A stretch of DNA of 60,872 nt from a virus (Duplodnaviria > Caudoviricetes). Where the stretch lies: positions 1 through 60,872 of the IMG/VR virus record IMGVR_UViG_3300044878_000242; one strand, 5' to 3'. Of this stretch, positions 43,690-53,097 are shown in pieces. The translations under genes and the position numbers were made by a program. The notes below the pieces were generated by a model. It did no database searches, had not been told where the DNA came from, and worked only from the letters and a program-made list of their open reading frames with translations. The first letter of the stretch is position 1. The number at the start of each line of letters is the position of its first letter.

Positions 43690-44550
43690 CTACTTTCCCA
43701 TCAGCGAGTCTTTAGCCCGCAGCAGCCGTTTAATCAAGCCGATCTGCTGCCGGTTATCCGGCCCCTGCATTTCGACTATCACCACCCGCTCATCATTCAG
43801 CCGGCTTAACAGCCACTTCATTTCCCCGTCGCGTCTCGGGCTGGTCTCCATCGCCAGCACCGTCCCCACCTCCCGATGGCAGTTGTACCGCCGGTTGAAC
43901 AGCCGGAATACCTGCTCCCGGGTCCACTGCCGCATATCGGCGTGCTCTATGTCATCAATCAACACAATCGGGAATTGGCTCACATACTGGTAAAACGACT
44001 CCGGCGTTTCCACCTCCTCCCCGATCTTGGACCTTAGTTGGCTGGTCCAATCCGGGAACGAGAAATACTTGGCCGGCATGGCGTATTCGCGCAGGTGGTT
44101 GTGGATGGCCGCCAGCAGATGGCTTTTACCCCGCCCATTGGGGCCACAAAGTACCAAAATTCCCTGCGGCTCCCTGGCAAACGCCTGGGCCGCCTCCAGA
44201 GCGGGCCGGTTGTCTTTCTCATAAAAATTATCAAACGTTTTTTCTGCCAACTCGCCCTCCAGCGGCGAGCAAAACTGTTTCCACGCCGCCATATTTTTAG
44301 CGTGGCAGACCGGGCAGGGGATCACCCTGCCCCAGGCCGGATCACTCACGGGCACATCCGCCCGTACAAAACCCGGCTGGCCCGCTCCAAAGCCGCACAT
44401 CGGGCAATTATCAGAGAATGTGACCGTAAGCGGCGAGCTGTCGCCGGGCCTCGCCTGGCTCGATGTCACCACGCTCCAATTGGTCGAGAATGGATTCAAC
44501 GTTGGATTCAACGTTTCCTGGTCGTTCGTGGGTTCCGTTTGGTGTAGCAT
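43690..44550 (-). CDS. DnaC/IstB-like helicase loader ATPase
   Basis: CPMC...CPVC zinc site, GPNGRGKSHL Walker A, VLIDDI Walker B. Confidence 0.88.
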   Translation of the reverse strand: MLHQTEPTNDQETLNPTLNPFSTNWSVVTSSQARPGDSSPLTVTFSDNCPMCGFGAGQPGFVRADVPVSDPAWGRVIPCPVCHAKNMAAWKQFCSPLEGELAEKTFDNFYEKDNRPALEAAQAFAREPQGILVLCGPNGRGKSHLLAAIHNHLREYAMPAKYFSFPDWTSQLRSKIGEEVETPESFYQYVSQFPIVLIDDIEHADMRQWTREQVFRLFNRRYNCHREVGTVLAMETSPRRDGEMKWLLSRLNDERVVIVEMQGPDNRQQIGLIKRLLRAKDSLMGK

Positions 44551-45418
44551 CCTGCTGTCCTTTCTGTGGTGGAATTCTATAGCCGCGCTGAATCCAATTA
44601 TTCAGCACTTTTCGCAAATACTTGATCGGCTGCTTGGCCTTGGCAATAGCCGTCTCCTCAATCGCCGCCAAAATCCATACCTCAGCCGTCTCCGTGGCCT
44701 CGTTGGCCAACCGCACTAGCTCCTTGTCGTCCAAAAAATCGCCCAGTAAGTCCGCCTCAACCGCGCTGATGTCGTCAAAATACTTACACCAACGGGCCGA
44801 TATCCGGCCAAACGGCGCATCAATTGGACTAATGTCAACTGGTGGTAACATATCTTGTTTTATGTTATCTGTAGTTGACATTCCCGGCTTTCTGGAAGTA
44901 GAAGTTAGAATCTTATTATTTAAAGATTCTTCTTCTACTACAAGAGGGTGGTTTATGTTATCTGTAGTTGACAAAAAGGTGTTATCTGTAGTTGACAATA
45001 CTGCGTGAGGGGTACGGGAGGAGCGGGAAGCTCGCCCGCCATTCAGCGGGGCCTGTTGCTCAGTCCTGTCCACCGCCTCAAAAAGTCCGAGGCCAAAGAG
45101 GTCGCCTCGCCAGGGCAACGAGTCGTCGGTTAAGGTGGGTTTCAACCACCTTTTACCGTCGAGGGTCAAGTCGCTAACCAAGTCCATAGCACTTAAATCT
45201 CGGAGGAGGCTGCTCACAAATTGTCTACTAACGCCCAACGCCTGGGCCAACTGCGAATTATTTAAATCACACCCACCTGCTTCCCAACTCAAAGCCGCAA
45301 TCGCGGCCAACAGCCGGAAGGCTGCATTGGTTAATTTTGGATTAAAAACCGCCTGTATCGGCATCCTGATCTCTCGTGGGGGCAGAGAAATTGTACTGCC
45401 TTTCCGTTGTCGCGGCAT
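44411..45418 (-). CDS. Replication initiator (HTH plus DnaD-like C-terminus)
   Basis: NSQLAQALGVSRQFVS HTH, KYLRKVLNNW; upstream of the DnaC-like gene; internal iterons. Confidence 0.8.
   Translation of the reverse strand: MPRQRKGSTISLPPREIRMPIQAVFNPKLTNAAFRLLAAIAALSWEAGGCDLNNSQLAQALGVSRQFVSSLLRDLSAMDLVSDLTLDGKRWLKPTLTDDSLPWRGDLFGLGLFEAVDRTEQQAPLNGGRASRSSRTPHAVLSTTDNTFLSTTDNINHPLVVEEESLNNKILTSTSRKPGMSTTDNIKQDMLPPVDISPIDAPFGRISARWCKYFDDISAVEADLLGDFLDDKELVRLANEATETAEVWILAAIEETAIAKAKQPIKYLRKVLNNWIQRGYRIPPQKGQQDATPNGTHERPGNVESNVESILDQLERGDIEPGEARRQLAAYGHIL
44833..44997. repeat. Iterons, putative replication origin
   Basis: TGTTATCTGTAGTTGACA at 44863, 44956 and 44980, plus an inverted variant at 44833-44850. 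Confidence 0.75.
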
Positions 45419-45430
45419 CAGGTGCTCCAG

Positions 45431-46300
45431 TTATGCTTCAAGTAGTGGTAATTGAATTTGTTTTAGGGATGGCCGGACCAACTTCTTGCCCGGCTTAAAC
45501 GCCGGCGTAGCTCCCAAATCCGTTGTTCCCCGCCGTCTGATCCTCGTAATACCCCAAGCCCGCTCGCTCACAATATAAACCTCTCCACTGCGGAGAGATC
45601 TCATTTGCTCAAAACTGACCGGAATGTATTCCTTAAATGCCCTGAAGTCCGGGAAATAAGTCACCTTCCCGAAGATACGCACGTTAGCGCTGAAAATGAT
45701 CCGCTTATCCAAATACGTGCTCCGCTGGGTTGCGGTCACCAGGGCCATCCCCCGCTTCCGCCCATCCGTACTCACCCGGCCCAGCGCCCGCCGGCTGGCC
45801 CGCTCCGCCTCATCCGCCCCGATCTGCGGGGCAAAACAATGCGCCTCGTCCACCAGCATAAAACATGGCCGGCGAATCTTGGCCGCCATCTTGTAGTGGC
45901 ACTGCACCATGGCCGTAAACGTCGCCAGCCGCAGCTCATCATCAGGATCACTTAGATCCACTACCAAACTAAAGCCCTCATTCAGGGCCATCTCGATAAA
46001 CGAGCCGGGATCACGCAGCGCCACCCCCAGCGGATAATCCGCCCGCCGCAGCCGCTCCTCGTGATCCTGCTGCCCGATCACCACCACATCATCACCCAGC
46101 TCTCGCAGGCTGGCCGCGTCGCCATTCGGGTCATAATAGATAAACGGAATCTGATTCCGGTGCGCCTCTTCCGCAAACACCGCCAGGATATTACTCTTAC
46201 CCATCCCCTTATTACCCAGGATGGTCACCGTCAATCCCTCGGTGCTGTAGGGCGCGGTCGTCAGGTTGATCGTGGCCTCATCGCTCAATTGAATAATCAT
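45431..46300 (-). CDS. HerA/DUF87-like ATPase
   Basis: GNKGMGKS, MLVDEAHCFAP, GRKRG...ATQRS. Confidence 0.85.
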   Translation of the reverse strand: MIIQLSDEATINLTTAPYSTEGLTVTILGNKGMGKSNILAVFAEEAHRNQIPFIYYDPNGDAASLRELGDDVVVIGQQDHEERLRRADYPLGVALRDPGSFIEMALNEGFSLVVDLSDPDDELRLATFTAMVQCHYKMAAKIRRPCFMLVDEAHCFAPQIGADEAERASRRALGRVSTDGRKRGMALVTATQRSTYLDKRIIFSANVRIFGKVTYFPDFRAFKEYIPVSFEQMRSLRSGEVYIVSERAWGITRIRRRGTTDLGATPAFKPGKKLVRPSLKQIQLPLLEA

Positions 46301-46653
46301 CCATTGTCTCCAGGTAAAATTTCGCCCTCTGGGGCCGGCCCTGCCTCAAATAGCTCGGCCTGCCGCAATTCTTTCCAAGTCAACCGACATACGTGATATT
46401 CGCCCACTTTGGCCCACACCTCCATCGCATGCTCCGGTACCTCAAAATCACGCCGGCAAACCCTTGCTTCCGTTGCACTTGGCCCCTTCCCATCCCTGGC
46501 CAACGACAACCGCCAAAAACCATGCGCATCCAACCACATAGTCAACATCAACCCATGTCGTAAAACCCGCTGGTACGCTGTTATAGGCTCCGTTCCAAAC
46601 CTCTGATGCTCCGCCGCATAGGCCCGCATCTCCGCCGCTATTTTTTCTAGCAT
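46297..46653 (-). CDS. Hypothetical protein
   Basis: Coupled ORF. Confidence 0.55.
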   Translation of the reverse strand: MLEKIAAEMRAYAAEHQRFGTEPITAYQRVLRHGLMLTMWLDAHGFWRLSLARDGKGPSATEARVCRRDFEVPEHAMEVWAKVGEYHVCRLTWKELRQAELFEAGPAPEGEILPGDNG

Positions 46654-46829
46654 TACTTGTCTCCCAGCATTTTCTTAAACACCTGCACTGCCGCCTTTAA
46701 TTGCTCGTATTCTTTCACCGCGCCTTTGGCCGGCAATCCCAACCGCGCCGCGTTCACCTCAAACGCCAACTTCTTCATTCTCTCCTCGGCCAGCCGGATC
46801 GCAACCTTTACAGCTCGCTTTTGATCCAT
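46653..46829 (-). CDS. Small hypothetical protein (58 aa, not in the ORF track)
   Basis: MDQKRAVKVAIRL...MLGDK; fills the gap with TGATG and TAATG overlaps. Confidence 0.55.
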   Translation of the reverse strand: MDQKRAVKVAIRLAEERMKKLAFEVNAARLGLPAKGAVKEYEQLKAAVQVFKKMLGDK

Positions 46830-47509
46830 CAAGCGTCCAGGGCTAGCCGCATCGTCCGCGGTTGCCGTATTTTAATTTCTTCCCAACCCCACTGTGGCTC
46901 GGCCAACGGCCAGCACCAGCCAAACTTACCGCTCGATCCTAACACGGCATCGCCCTGGTCATCCCTGTACATTGGCGTCCACCCCATCTTTCGATAAATC
47001 GTCCCCTTGTGAAATTTTGGATCGTGATAGCTAATCGCCAACCTAATATGATACGGCTGATCAGGATACACCGGCGGCCACAAGCTTACCCGGTCCCTCT
47101 GTACCTGATCCAATACCCTCTCTATCGCCCAGCTTGCCGTCCTGGGTCGCCACACCCCCCGGCGATCCACAAACCCAGGTATTAATGTCTCATTGCACCA
47201 CTCCCCACCCGCCTGGATTCTCGGGTCCATCCAAATCCGGCACAAATCCACCACCTGCCACTGCGTAATCAAACCAGGATACCCCCACCACTTTTTGTTC
47301 TTGGTAGCATGAGGAATCCCCACCATAATCACCCCCACTCTAAATGCCGGCTTATCCCCCAGCGACACAATATATGCCATCGGACGCGCCCGCCAATCCA
47401 CCATTCGGGCCAAATAATGCCACTTGGTCACCATCTTCTGCGCAAACAACAAATCTTCCGTATTCCCCAAACTAACTGTTATATCAGCCAAAGGTGTAGT
47501 ATTCATCAA
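46829..47509 (-). CDS. Mom-like GNAT DNA-modification protein
   Basis: WHYL, DLCRIW, SYHDPKFHKGTIYRKMGW (Mom-type SYxDP..H.GTIY...W). Confidence 0.65.
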   Translation of the reverse strand: MMNTTPLADITVSLGNTEDLLFAQKMVTKWHYLARMVDWRARPMAYIVSLGDKPAFRVGVIMVGIPHATKNKKWWGYPGLITQWQVVDLCRIWMDPRIQAGGEWCNETLIPGFVDRRGVWRPRTASWAIERVLDQVQRDRVSLWPPVYPDQPYHIRLAISYHDPKFHKGTIYRKMGWTPMYRDDQGDAVLGSSGKFGWCWPLAEPQWGWEEIKIRQPRTMRLALDA

Positions 47510-47536
47510 TCAATTAACCAAAAGTCTCCCTAATAT

Positions 47537-47564
47537 AGGTCACACAAGCAACGTTGTTCCGCCT
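47537..47564 (+). repeat. 28-bp motif, copy 8
   Basis: AGGTCACACAA-GCAACG-TTGTTCCGCCT, overlapping the E1 stop codon. Confidence 0.85.
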
Positions 47565-48582
47565 ACCCCATCAACGTGACCATGGCTTCCGCGTCCTGAG
47601 TCTCGTAATAATCAACACGTCGAATCTTAAACCCGCAATTACAGAACATCACTTCCACCTCCCCCTCGGCTTCGTCGATCACATCGTAGCCCTCGATCAA
47701 TTCGCCGCCGCAGTCGGGGCATGGGTCGGTCACTGCCTCGTCGTTATCTGCTGGCTTCGCCCGCGTCAGCTCAACTACCTCACCATTCGCTATCGGCAAA
47801 CTATGCGCGGTCCCGCTGCGCTGATCCAACTCCGTCGCCATCATCCGTAAATCACGCGAGATCAGCAGCCGCTCGCAATACACATCGATCCAGGCCGCCA
47901 TCATTTTGTTGATGGTGCGCGATTGCACCTCCAGGGCCACCAGCTCAGCGCAGCTCAGCGCCTCGCCCTGGGCCGTCTCAATCTCCTCCGGGGCAATCAA
48001 CTCCGGCCGCTGCACGCTGGGCAGCGGCAGCGCAAACGCAAACCCCAACGGCGATAGCTGCGGTTTCGCCGCCAGACTGTTGCCCAAACAAACCTGCCCA
48101 TGGGCGTGATAATTGCCGGCGTCCAGCCAAAACAGCCCCCGCCCCTCAAACTCTCTCATCTCGCCCATTTCTCGGACCATGGCCCGGTGAATGTCGCGCC
48201 GAGCCGCCGTACTGTCCACGCAGCCCACCACCAGATTTATAAAATCAGGTCTCAGCATGTACTTGGTTAAAATCCCGGAGCTAAACTTTTCTGGAATAGA
48301 TACGATAGGCAGCCCAAACGCCGCCGAATAGCGCCGGGCCAGCGTCACCGCCTTGAACTCCCCCACCTCGCATGGCGCAAAGTTTTGCCGGGCCACGTTT
48401 TTCGTCTCTACCCGGTCGGGATCAATAAAAATCAGCTTGATCTCCATCTCCTGCCTGGCCGTGTGGGCCAGTTGGGCCAGGTGCAGCGCCGCATAGCTTC
48501 CCGTGCCCCCACACCCCACCAGCATAATCAACGCCTTCTCCGGCGCCCCAATTTCCAGCCGGTACGTTTTAATCGGTTTCAT
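47563..48582 (-). CDS. ThiF/E1-like ubiquitin-like activating enzyme (PRTRC type) with C-terminal zinc ribbon
   Basis: VGCGGTGS, DPDRVETKNVARQNF, GCVDS..ARR, WLDAGN, LSCAE. Confidence 0.9.
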   Translation of the reverse strand: MKPIKTYRLEIGAPEKALIMLVGCGGTGSYAALHLAQLAHTARQEMEIKLIFIDPDRVETKNVARQNFAPCEVGEFKAVTLARRYSAAFGLPIVSIPEKFSSGILTKYMLRPDFINLVVGCVDSTAARRDIHRAMVREMGEMREFEGRGLFWLDAGNYHAHGQVCLGNSLAAKPQLSPLGFAFALPLPSVQRPELIAPEEIETAQGEALSCAELVALEVQSRTINKMMAAWIDVYCERLLISRDLRMMATELDQRSGTAHSLPIANGEVVELTRAKPADNDEAVTDPCPDCGGELIEGYDVIDEAEGEVEVMFCNCGFKIRRVDYYETQDAEAMVTLMG

Positions 48583-49243
48583 GTGGATCCTCCCACGGGT
48601 CAATAAATGGCCCCAACCCGTCAAATAACATCAACGGCGACACTTCCACCCAATCCCCATAAACCCCCAGCCGCAACCGTATTTCCGGCCGGCTGTAAAT
48701 CTTCCCAATCACCCCATAGAATCTACAGCCTTGCTCATCAGCATCATCCGTCTCAGAAAAAAAGGCTCTCATCTCATGGTGACTGTGCAGATCGAGCACA
48801 ATACTCGCCTCATTGCCGCCCCGATACGCTACGTGCCCCGCCGTCGCCTCCTGTTTGGGTATGCTTACCCGCCAGCGTCCACATGGCGCAAACCCAGGCC
48901 CGGATGATTCAGCCCACCAGTGAAAATGATACATCTGCTCAATGACCCGTAATATCTCCCCTCTCCCACCTGACCCCGACAACCCACACCGCCGAGCATG
49001 CTCCAACACGGTGTGCAACCAGGTCGCCGGAATACGTGGCGCTCGCAGCTCCACACCTACCGGATAATCCGGCAATCCAACAATTCTACCCGGAGCCACA
49101 ACCATCGCCGCCCTGAACTGGTCCGACTCAGCCAGCTTGATCACCCCCTGCCCGGCCAAAACATAGCTGTACAAGTCGGGCGCCGGTATTTCCTGCCCGG
49201 TGAAAATATGATAAGCTACTGGGTTAGGCAGTGGTGCTCTCAT
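48569..49243 (-). CDS. JAB/MPN metalloprotease (PRTRC protein A-like)
   Basis: LDLHSHHEMRAFFSETDDADE (HxH-x7-S-x2-D). Confidence 0.88.
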   Translation of the reverse strand: MRAPLPNPVAYHIFTGQEIPAPDLYSYVLAGQGVIKLAESDQFRAAMVVAPGRIVGLPDYPVGVELRAPRIPATWLHTVLEHARRCGLSGSGGRGEILRVIEQMYHFHWWAESSGPGFAPCGRWRVSIPKQEATAGHVAYRGGNEASIVLDLHSHHEMRAFFSETDDADEQGCRFYGVIGKIYSRPEIRLRLGVYGDWVEVSPLMLFDGLGPFIDPWEDPHETD

Positions 49244-49983
49244 TGTTTATCCTGGACCTTCAATTGCGCTATATCCGCCACCGTCATTGGCCTCTTTTTC
49301 CAGGTATACGCGGAATCGATAGGTACCTCAATCTCCACCAGGTCATCAACCGGGTAGATGGCAGTTTTATTGTGATGCAGTTTTTGCCACTGCGTCAAAA
49401 CGCTTTTGGGATATTTTAAACTCTTATTGTTATCGAGGTGGTTGTTGAATCCACTCTCAAAAAACACCTTGACTGCCTGCCCCATCGTTTCCGCCGAAGC
49501 CACCGGAAACGGCGCGTCCCCCACGCAAACCCCTTTTGATCCCAAATTTGGGCACGGCGCCGCATAGAGCGCCGTCTCCGGCCCTGGCCAGCCCGACTCC
49601 TTGACCGCATAAAAATGGTACGTGCGATCTTGCCCCACCACCACCAAGCCGGGCATGGGGATGTGCCAGGTACCTTTGTTTCCCTCCACGCTAACCGCCC
49701 AAATCTTTGGCTCCACATAAACAGCTATCCGGGCCTGCCCATCTACCCAGCTCCACATCAAACAGTTGGCCGGCAGTATCCCGCTGCTGATGCCTATAGC
49801 CCCGCCCATCCGGGCCGCAATATCCAGCGGGTCCACCAGATACATTTCGCGGGGCTGCCCATCCTCAACCTTCTCCATTACCAAAAAATCTTCAAACAGA
49901 AGCAGCCGCGCCTTCAGGTTGGTATAATCCCGGTCGTTCCACTGTAACTGCGGAAAAACCGGCAATAAATTTTTCATCGTCAT
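49240..49983 (-). CDS. Prokaryotic E2-like protein (PRTRC protein B-like)
   Basis: PMPGLV, LYAAPCPN...GVCVG, FFESGFN. Confidence 0.8.
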   Translation of the reverse strand: MTMKNLLPVFPQLQWNDRDYTNLKARLLLFEDFLVMEKVEDGQPREMYLVDPLDIAARMGGAIGISSGILPANCLMWSWVDGQARIAVYVEPKIWAVSVEGNKGTWHIPMPGLVVVGQDRTYHFYAVKESGWPGPETALYAAPCPNLGSKGVCVGDAPFPVASAETMGQAVKVFFESGFNNHLDNNKSLKYPKSVLTQWQKLHHNKTAIYPVDDLVEIEVPIDSAYTWKKRPMTVADIAQLKVQDKQ

Positions 49984-50843
49984 AATTGTCTCCCGCTCAC
50001 CAGAGTCGTAATTTGTTCAAGCCTGTTTTGCCCATCACAGGCCCAATCGTTGAATAACATCGCCCGCTCGTGTGTCCTCTTGGCCTCATTCCAGAGCCGG
50101 CAAACCTCATCCAGGTCATTCCACGATTTGCCCCGCGAATAGGTCGCCATCTCCCACTTCTCAAACCCGGAAGAGTAATCAAGAAAATCATTCCCGGTCT
50201 CGGAGCAGACGTAACGGCCCATCTCCGGCAGCCAGCACAGTGGCTCGGCCAGTCCGGCGGTATCCAGCCCCTCCAACCGCTGCCGGGCTGCTTGTTTTCG
50301 GCCCTTACCCCATTCGCCCATTCCCCGCAAAAACAGATAGTCATTGGGCAGGTCATACCCGTCCGAATCGAGCAGTGAATTTAGCAGCAGCAACGCCGGG
50401 TATTCATTCATCTGTAGTCCGACAAGGCCCCCATCGTCAAATCCAAAACACTCCACCGGGATCACCTTAATGGCCAGCGCCAACATCTCCAGACCCATCG
50501 GCTCCCACGCCTCTTCATCGTCATCATCTTCCGGGCTATCTTCCTCCGCCCAACTGTACAAATCGTCCATCGCCACCCAGTCCATTTTGATCCCGCGCTC
50601 GTTCTCTACCGCATAGAGAAAATATCGCAGAATGTCCGTCCACTCACCCACCGGCAACACATCCCACAGCATCGGCGGGAAAAACTTTCGCACCAGTTTT
50701 AGCACGCCCACCCGATACGCATTTGACCATATGGCCGTGCGGATATCGCCCAACTTTACCGGACGCAGCCGGATCAGCGCCGCCCGTGGGTCTAAAATCC
50801 GGCCGGTGGCGCTGTCGCCGCTATCGCTTTTGATTCCAAACAT
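49980..50843 (-). CDS. Acidic protein, PRTRC protein F position
   Basis: Between Ubl and E2; TGNDFLD motif. Confidence 0.55.
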   Translation of the reverse strand: MFGIKSDSGDSATGRILDPRAALIRLRPVKLGDIRTAIWSNAYRVGVLKLVRKFFPPMLWDVLPVGEWTDILRYFLYAVENERGIKMDWVAMDDLYSWAEEDSPEDDDDEEAWEPMGLEMLALAIKVIPVECFGFDDGGLVGLQMNEYPALLLLNSLLDSDGYDLPNDYLFLRGMGEWGKGRKQAARQRLEGLDTAGLAEPLCWLPEMGRYVCSETGNDFLDYSSGFEKWEMATYSRGKSWNDLDEVCRLWNEAKRTHERAMLFNDWACDGQNRLEQITTLVSGRQL

Positions 50844-51229
50844 AGTTTGATCACCTTCCCGCTTGCATCACTGACCCGCTCCAACTCCTCCAGCGCCGTC
50901 TCAATGCGCCCGCACTCCCTCAGTAATTTTTCCGGGTCGGGCAGTTCTGGCCCCCCCAGAAACTCATTCAGGATAACCAGCGCCTCGATCTGCGCCGGCG
51001 GCGTCTCCAGGATCACCGCCACCACCGGATTTAACCCCTTCGTGCCCGTTTTTTTAGCGAATATCACCTTCCGTGGCTCGCCTTCCTTTTCCGGCGGAAT
51101 AACCGTATAGGTCGCTGTCACCAACGATTTATCAAATTGAGCATAGTGCACCCGGATATCCTCGATCTCATAGGCGTCCGCCTCGTCCGTAAATATCTGC
51201 TTGCCGTTGTGTTCGTAAACCGTGCTCAT
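50792..51229 (-). CDS. Prokaryotic ubiquitin-like protein (PRTRC protein C-like) with C-terminal extension
   Basis: MSTVYEHNG...IEDIRVHYA...L.TAT...VIFAKKTGTKG, then about 80 more residues. Confidence 0.75.
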   Translation of the reverse strand: MSTVYEHNGKQIFTDEADAYEIEDIRVHYAQFDKSLVTATYTVIPPEKEGEPRKVIFAKKTGTKGLNPVVAVILETPPAQIEALVILNEFLGGPELPDPEKLLRECGRIETALEELERVSDASGKVIKLCLESKAIAATAPPAGF

Positions 51230-52053
51230 GCTACCTCCCCAAAAATTCCAACGTGCGTTAGTAACGTTTTTCCAACCTCCGCCATCAACGACTCGGCGTG
51301 AACCGCCAAATTGGCTAGTGGGTCTGCCTTTCCCACCTGGGTCAACGTCACCAAACACAACCCCGTTGATTTGAGCGTCACGTGCAAATGATAATCCGGT
51401 ATGGCCTGGGGCTTCGGCGCGGGCGGAGGTGGAGGTGGCGGAGCTGGGGCTGCGCTTTCCATCTCTTGAGTTGCCGGCTCTTCCAACCCCCGCAGCCCGT
51501 CATACACAGGCGTGGACGATCGTGTCACCGGCGACGGTGGCGCCGGCTTTTCTTCAGTCTCATCCAGCCATTCGCTTTCAGCCTCATCAGCGGGCGCGGT
51601 CGGGAGACCCTGTTGCTTTGGCGTAATTTCTGCCTCCGCAGTCCGGTGGGCCTCAACTACCGCCTTCGCCGTAGTGTGGCTAATCGGCTCCCCGGCCTCG
51701 GCCCGCATGATAATTTCCTGTTTTGCGCTTTCCGGCGTAGATGGCGCCGATAATAAATACAGCGCACTCGTCGCAATATCAATTTGTGCAAAATTTGCAC
51801 GGCCCCGAAACTCCTTGAACACGCCGATAAAATTGTAGGCTGTCCGCCGGCTCCAATCGAACTCGGCCTGTAGCCAGGCGTCGAATTTGCCGTTGCCCAG
51901 CTTGACCTGAACCTCCAGCAGCTTCTCGCCCACCCGCATAATATTTTCAGCGGTCGAGCTCATCAGGTCCTTAATCTCAACCGCCCGCTGCCGCACTACA
52001 ATCCGCGTCTCTGTGTCCAGCGTTTCATAATCAAACAAAACTAATTGATCCAT
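51226..52053 (-). CDS. DUF3102-like DNA-binding protein
   Basis: IMRVGEKLLEVQ...GKFDAWL..EFDWSRRTAYNFI, SALYLLSAPSTP. Confidence 0.8.
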   Translation of the reverse strand: MDQLVLFDYETLDTETRIVVRQRAVEIKDLMSSTAENIMRVGEKLLEVQVKLGNGKFDAWLQAEFDWSRRTAYNFIGVFKEFRGRANFAQIDIATSALYLLSAPSTPESAKQEIIMRAEAGEPISHTTAKAVVEAHRTAEAEITPKQQGLPTAPADEAESEWLDETEEKPAPPSPVTRSSTPVYDGLRGLEEPATQEMESAAPAPPPPPPPAPKPQAIPDYHLHVTLKSTGLCLVTLTQVGKADPLANLAVHAESLMAEVGKTLLTHVGIFGEVA

Positions 52054-52079
52054 AATCGTCTTCCTTCCTTTCCTTAATT

Positions 52080-52511
52080 TTACGCCGCCACCCTGGCATC
52101 GATCTCCTGATAATACTCCGGCGCATCCATGCAGGGCTTGCCCTCACCGTCGATATTGGTCACAAACATCCACGGCGTAATATGTAATCCCCAGTTTTTT
52201 ATAACCTGGTGAGCCAATATCACCGATTTTCGCTCCGCTCCCCAGGTATAATTTGTCATTCTGGCAATCTCTTCTCTCACCTTCTGGGCCCGATTAAAGT
52301 CGGCCTCGTTAGGGGACTGCTCAAATGCACATCCGGTTAGCGCTATATATAACAGTTGAGCTATAGACCCGCTGATCACATCATGCGGCTCTTTTACTGA
52401 TCCCTCCGGGATATTGTGCCAATGGCACACGTAGAGCACCCGTAATTCTTTTGACACGGCGATTTGTAGCGCTCCCTTATAATTGCCGTCAATAACTATT
52501 GTCTGTTTCAT
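52080..52511 (-). CDS. Hypothetical protein
   Basis: AAGGAG RBS, coupled. Confidence 0.55.
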   Translation of the reverse strand: MKQTIVIDGNYKGALQIAVSKELRVLYVCHWHNIPEGSVKEPHDVISGSIAQLLYIALTGCAFEQSPNEADFNRAQKVREEIARMTNYTWGAERKSVILAHQVIKNWGLHITPWMFVTNIDGEGKPCMDAPEYYQEIDARVAA

Positions 52512-52810
52512 AATACTCCTTTGTGTTCATCCCTGTTTTTAATAAAAATCCCCAGCGCCGCCGTTGCCTTCACATGCTCTCGCCGGCAGAAACGCAACTC
52601 CTCCCGGGCTTCCCTCAACGCCCCCTCGGTCGACTCGGCCCACGCCAGTACATCAACCCTCAATTGATCCCACGCCTGCTCCTCCGTCTCAAAATGCGTC
52701 CCGGGGCGGACCGGTATCTCATCCGCATCGAGCGCCGGCCACGCCCCATTGGGGCAATCCACCAAAACCGGCTTCCACAAATTGTAATCTGCCCGCCACA
52801 ATCGCAACAT
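52508..52810 (-). CDS. Hypothetical protein
   Basis: Operonic ORF. Confidence 0.55.
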   Translation of the reverse strand: MLRLWRADYNLWKPVLVDCPNGAWPALDADEIPVRPGTHFETEEQAWDQLRVDVLAWAESTEGALREAREELRFCRREHVKATAALGIFIKNRDEHKGVL

Positions 52811-52822
52811 AATCCTATATCC

Positions 52823-53059
52823 TTACAGGTCACACAAACGGGATTGTTCATCCTCCAGGAGCAATAATCCCAATTTGAAAAAAATCTCCGCCGCCGTCTG
52901 TTCCCCTATACCCTTCACCCCATCGAGCGCCACCTCCGCAATCCCCTGGATTCCCTCATCCCGTCTGTACACCTCCAGCGCCGTCTCCCGCCCCAACTTG
53001 TCTACTGTCCCCTCATCATCCAACATAATCAATTTCCAAAACCTCGCCACATCATTCAT
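52823..53059 (-). CDS. Small protein with HhH-like motif
   Basis: LDGVKGIGEQTAAEI. Confidence 0.55.
   Translation of the reverse strand: MNDVARFWKLIMLDDEGTVDKLGRETALEVYRRDEGIQGIAEVALDGVKGIGEQTAAEIFFKLGLLLLEDEQSRLCDL
52827..52854 (+). repeat. 28-bp motif, copy 9
   Basis: AGGTCACACAA-ACGGGA-TTGTTCATCCT. Confidence 0.85.
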
Positions 53060-53097
53060 TGTTCATTGATCATTGTTCATTGTTCATTGTTCATTGA

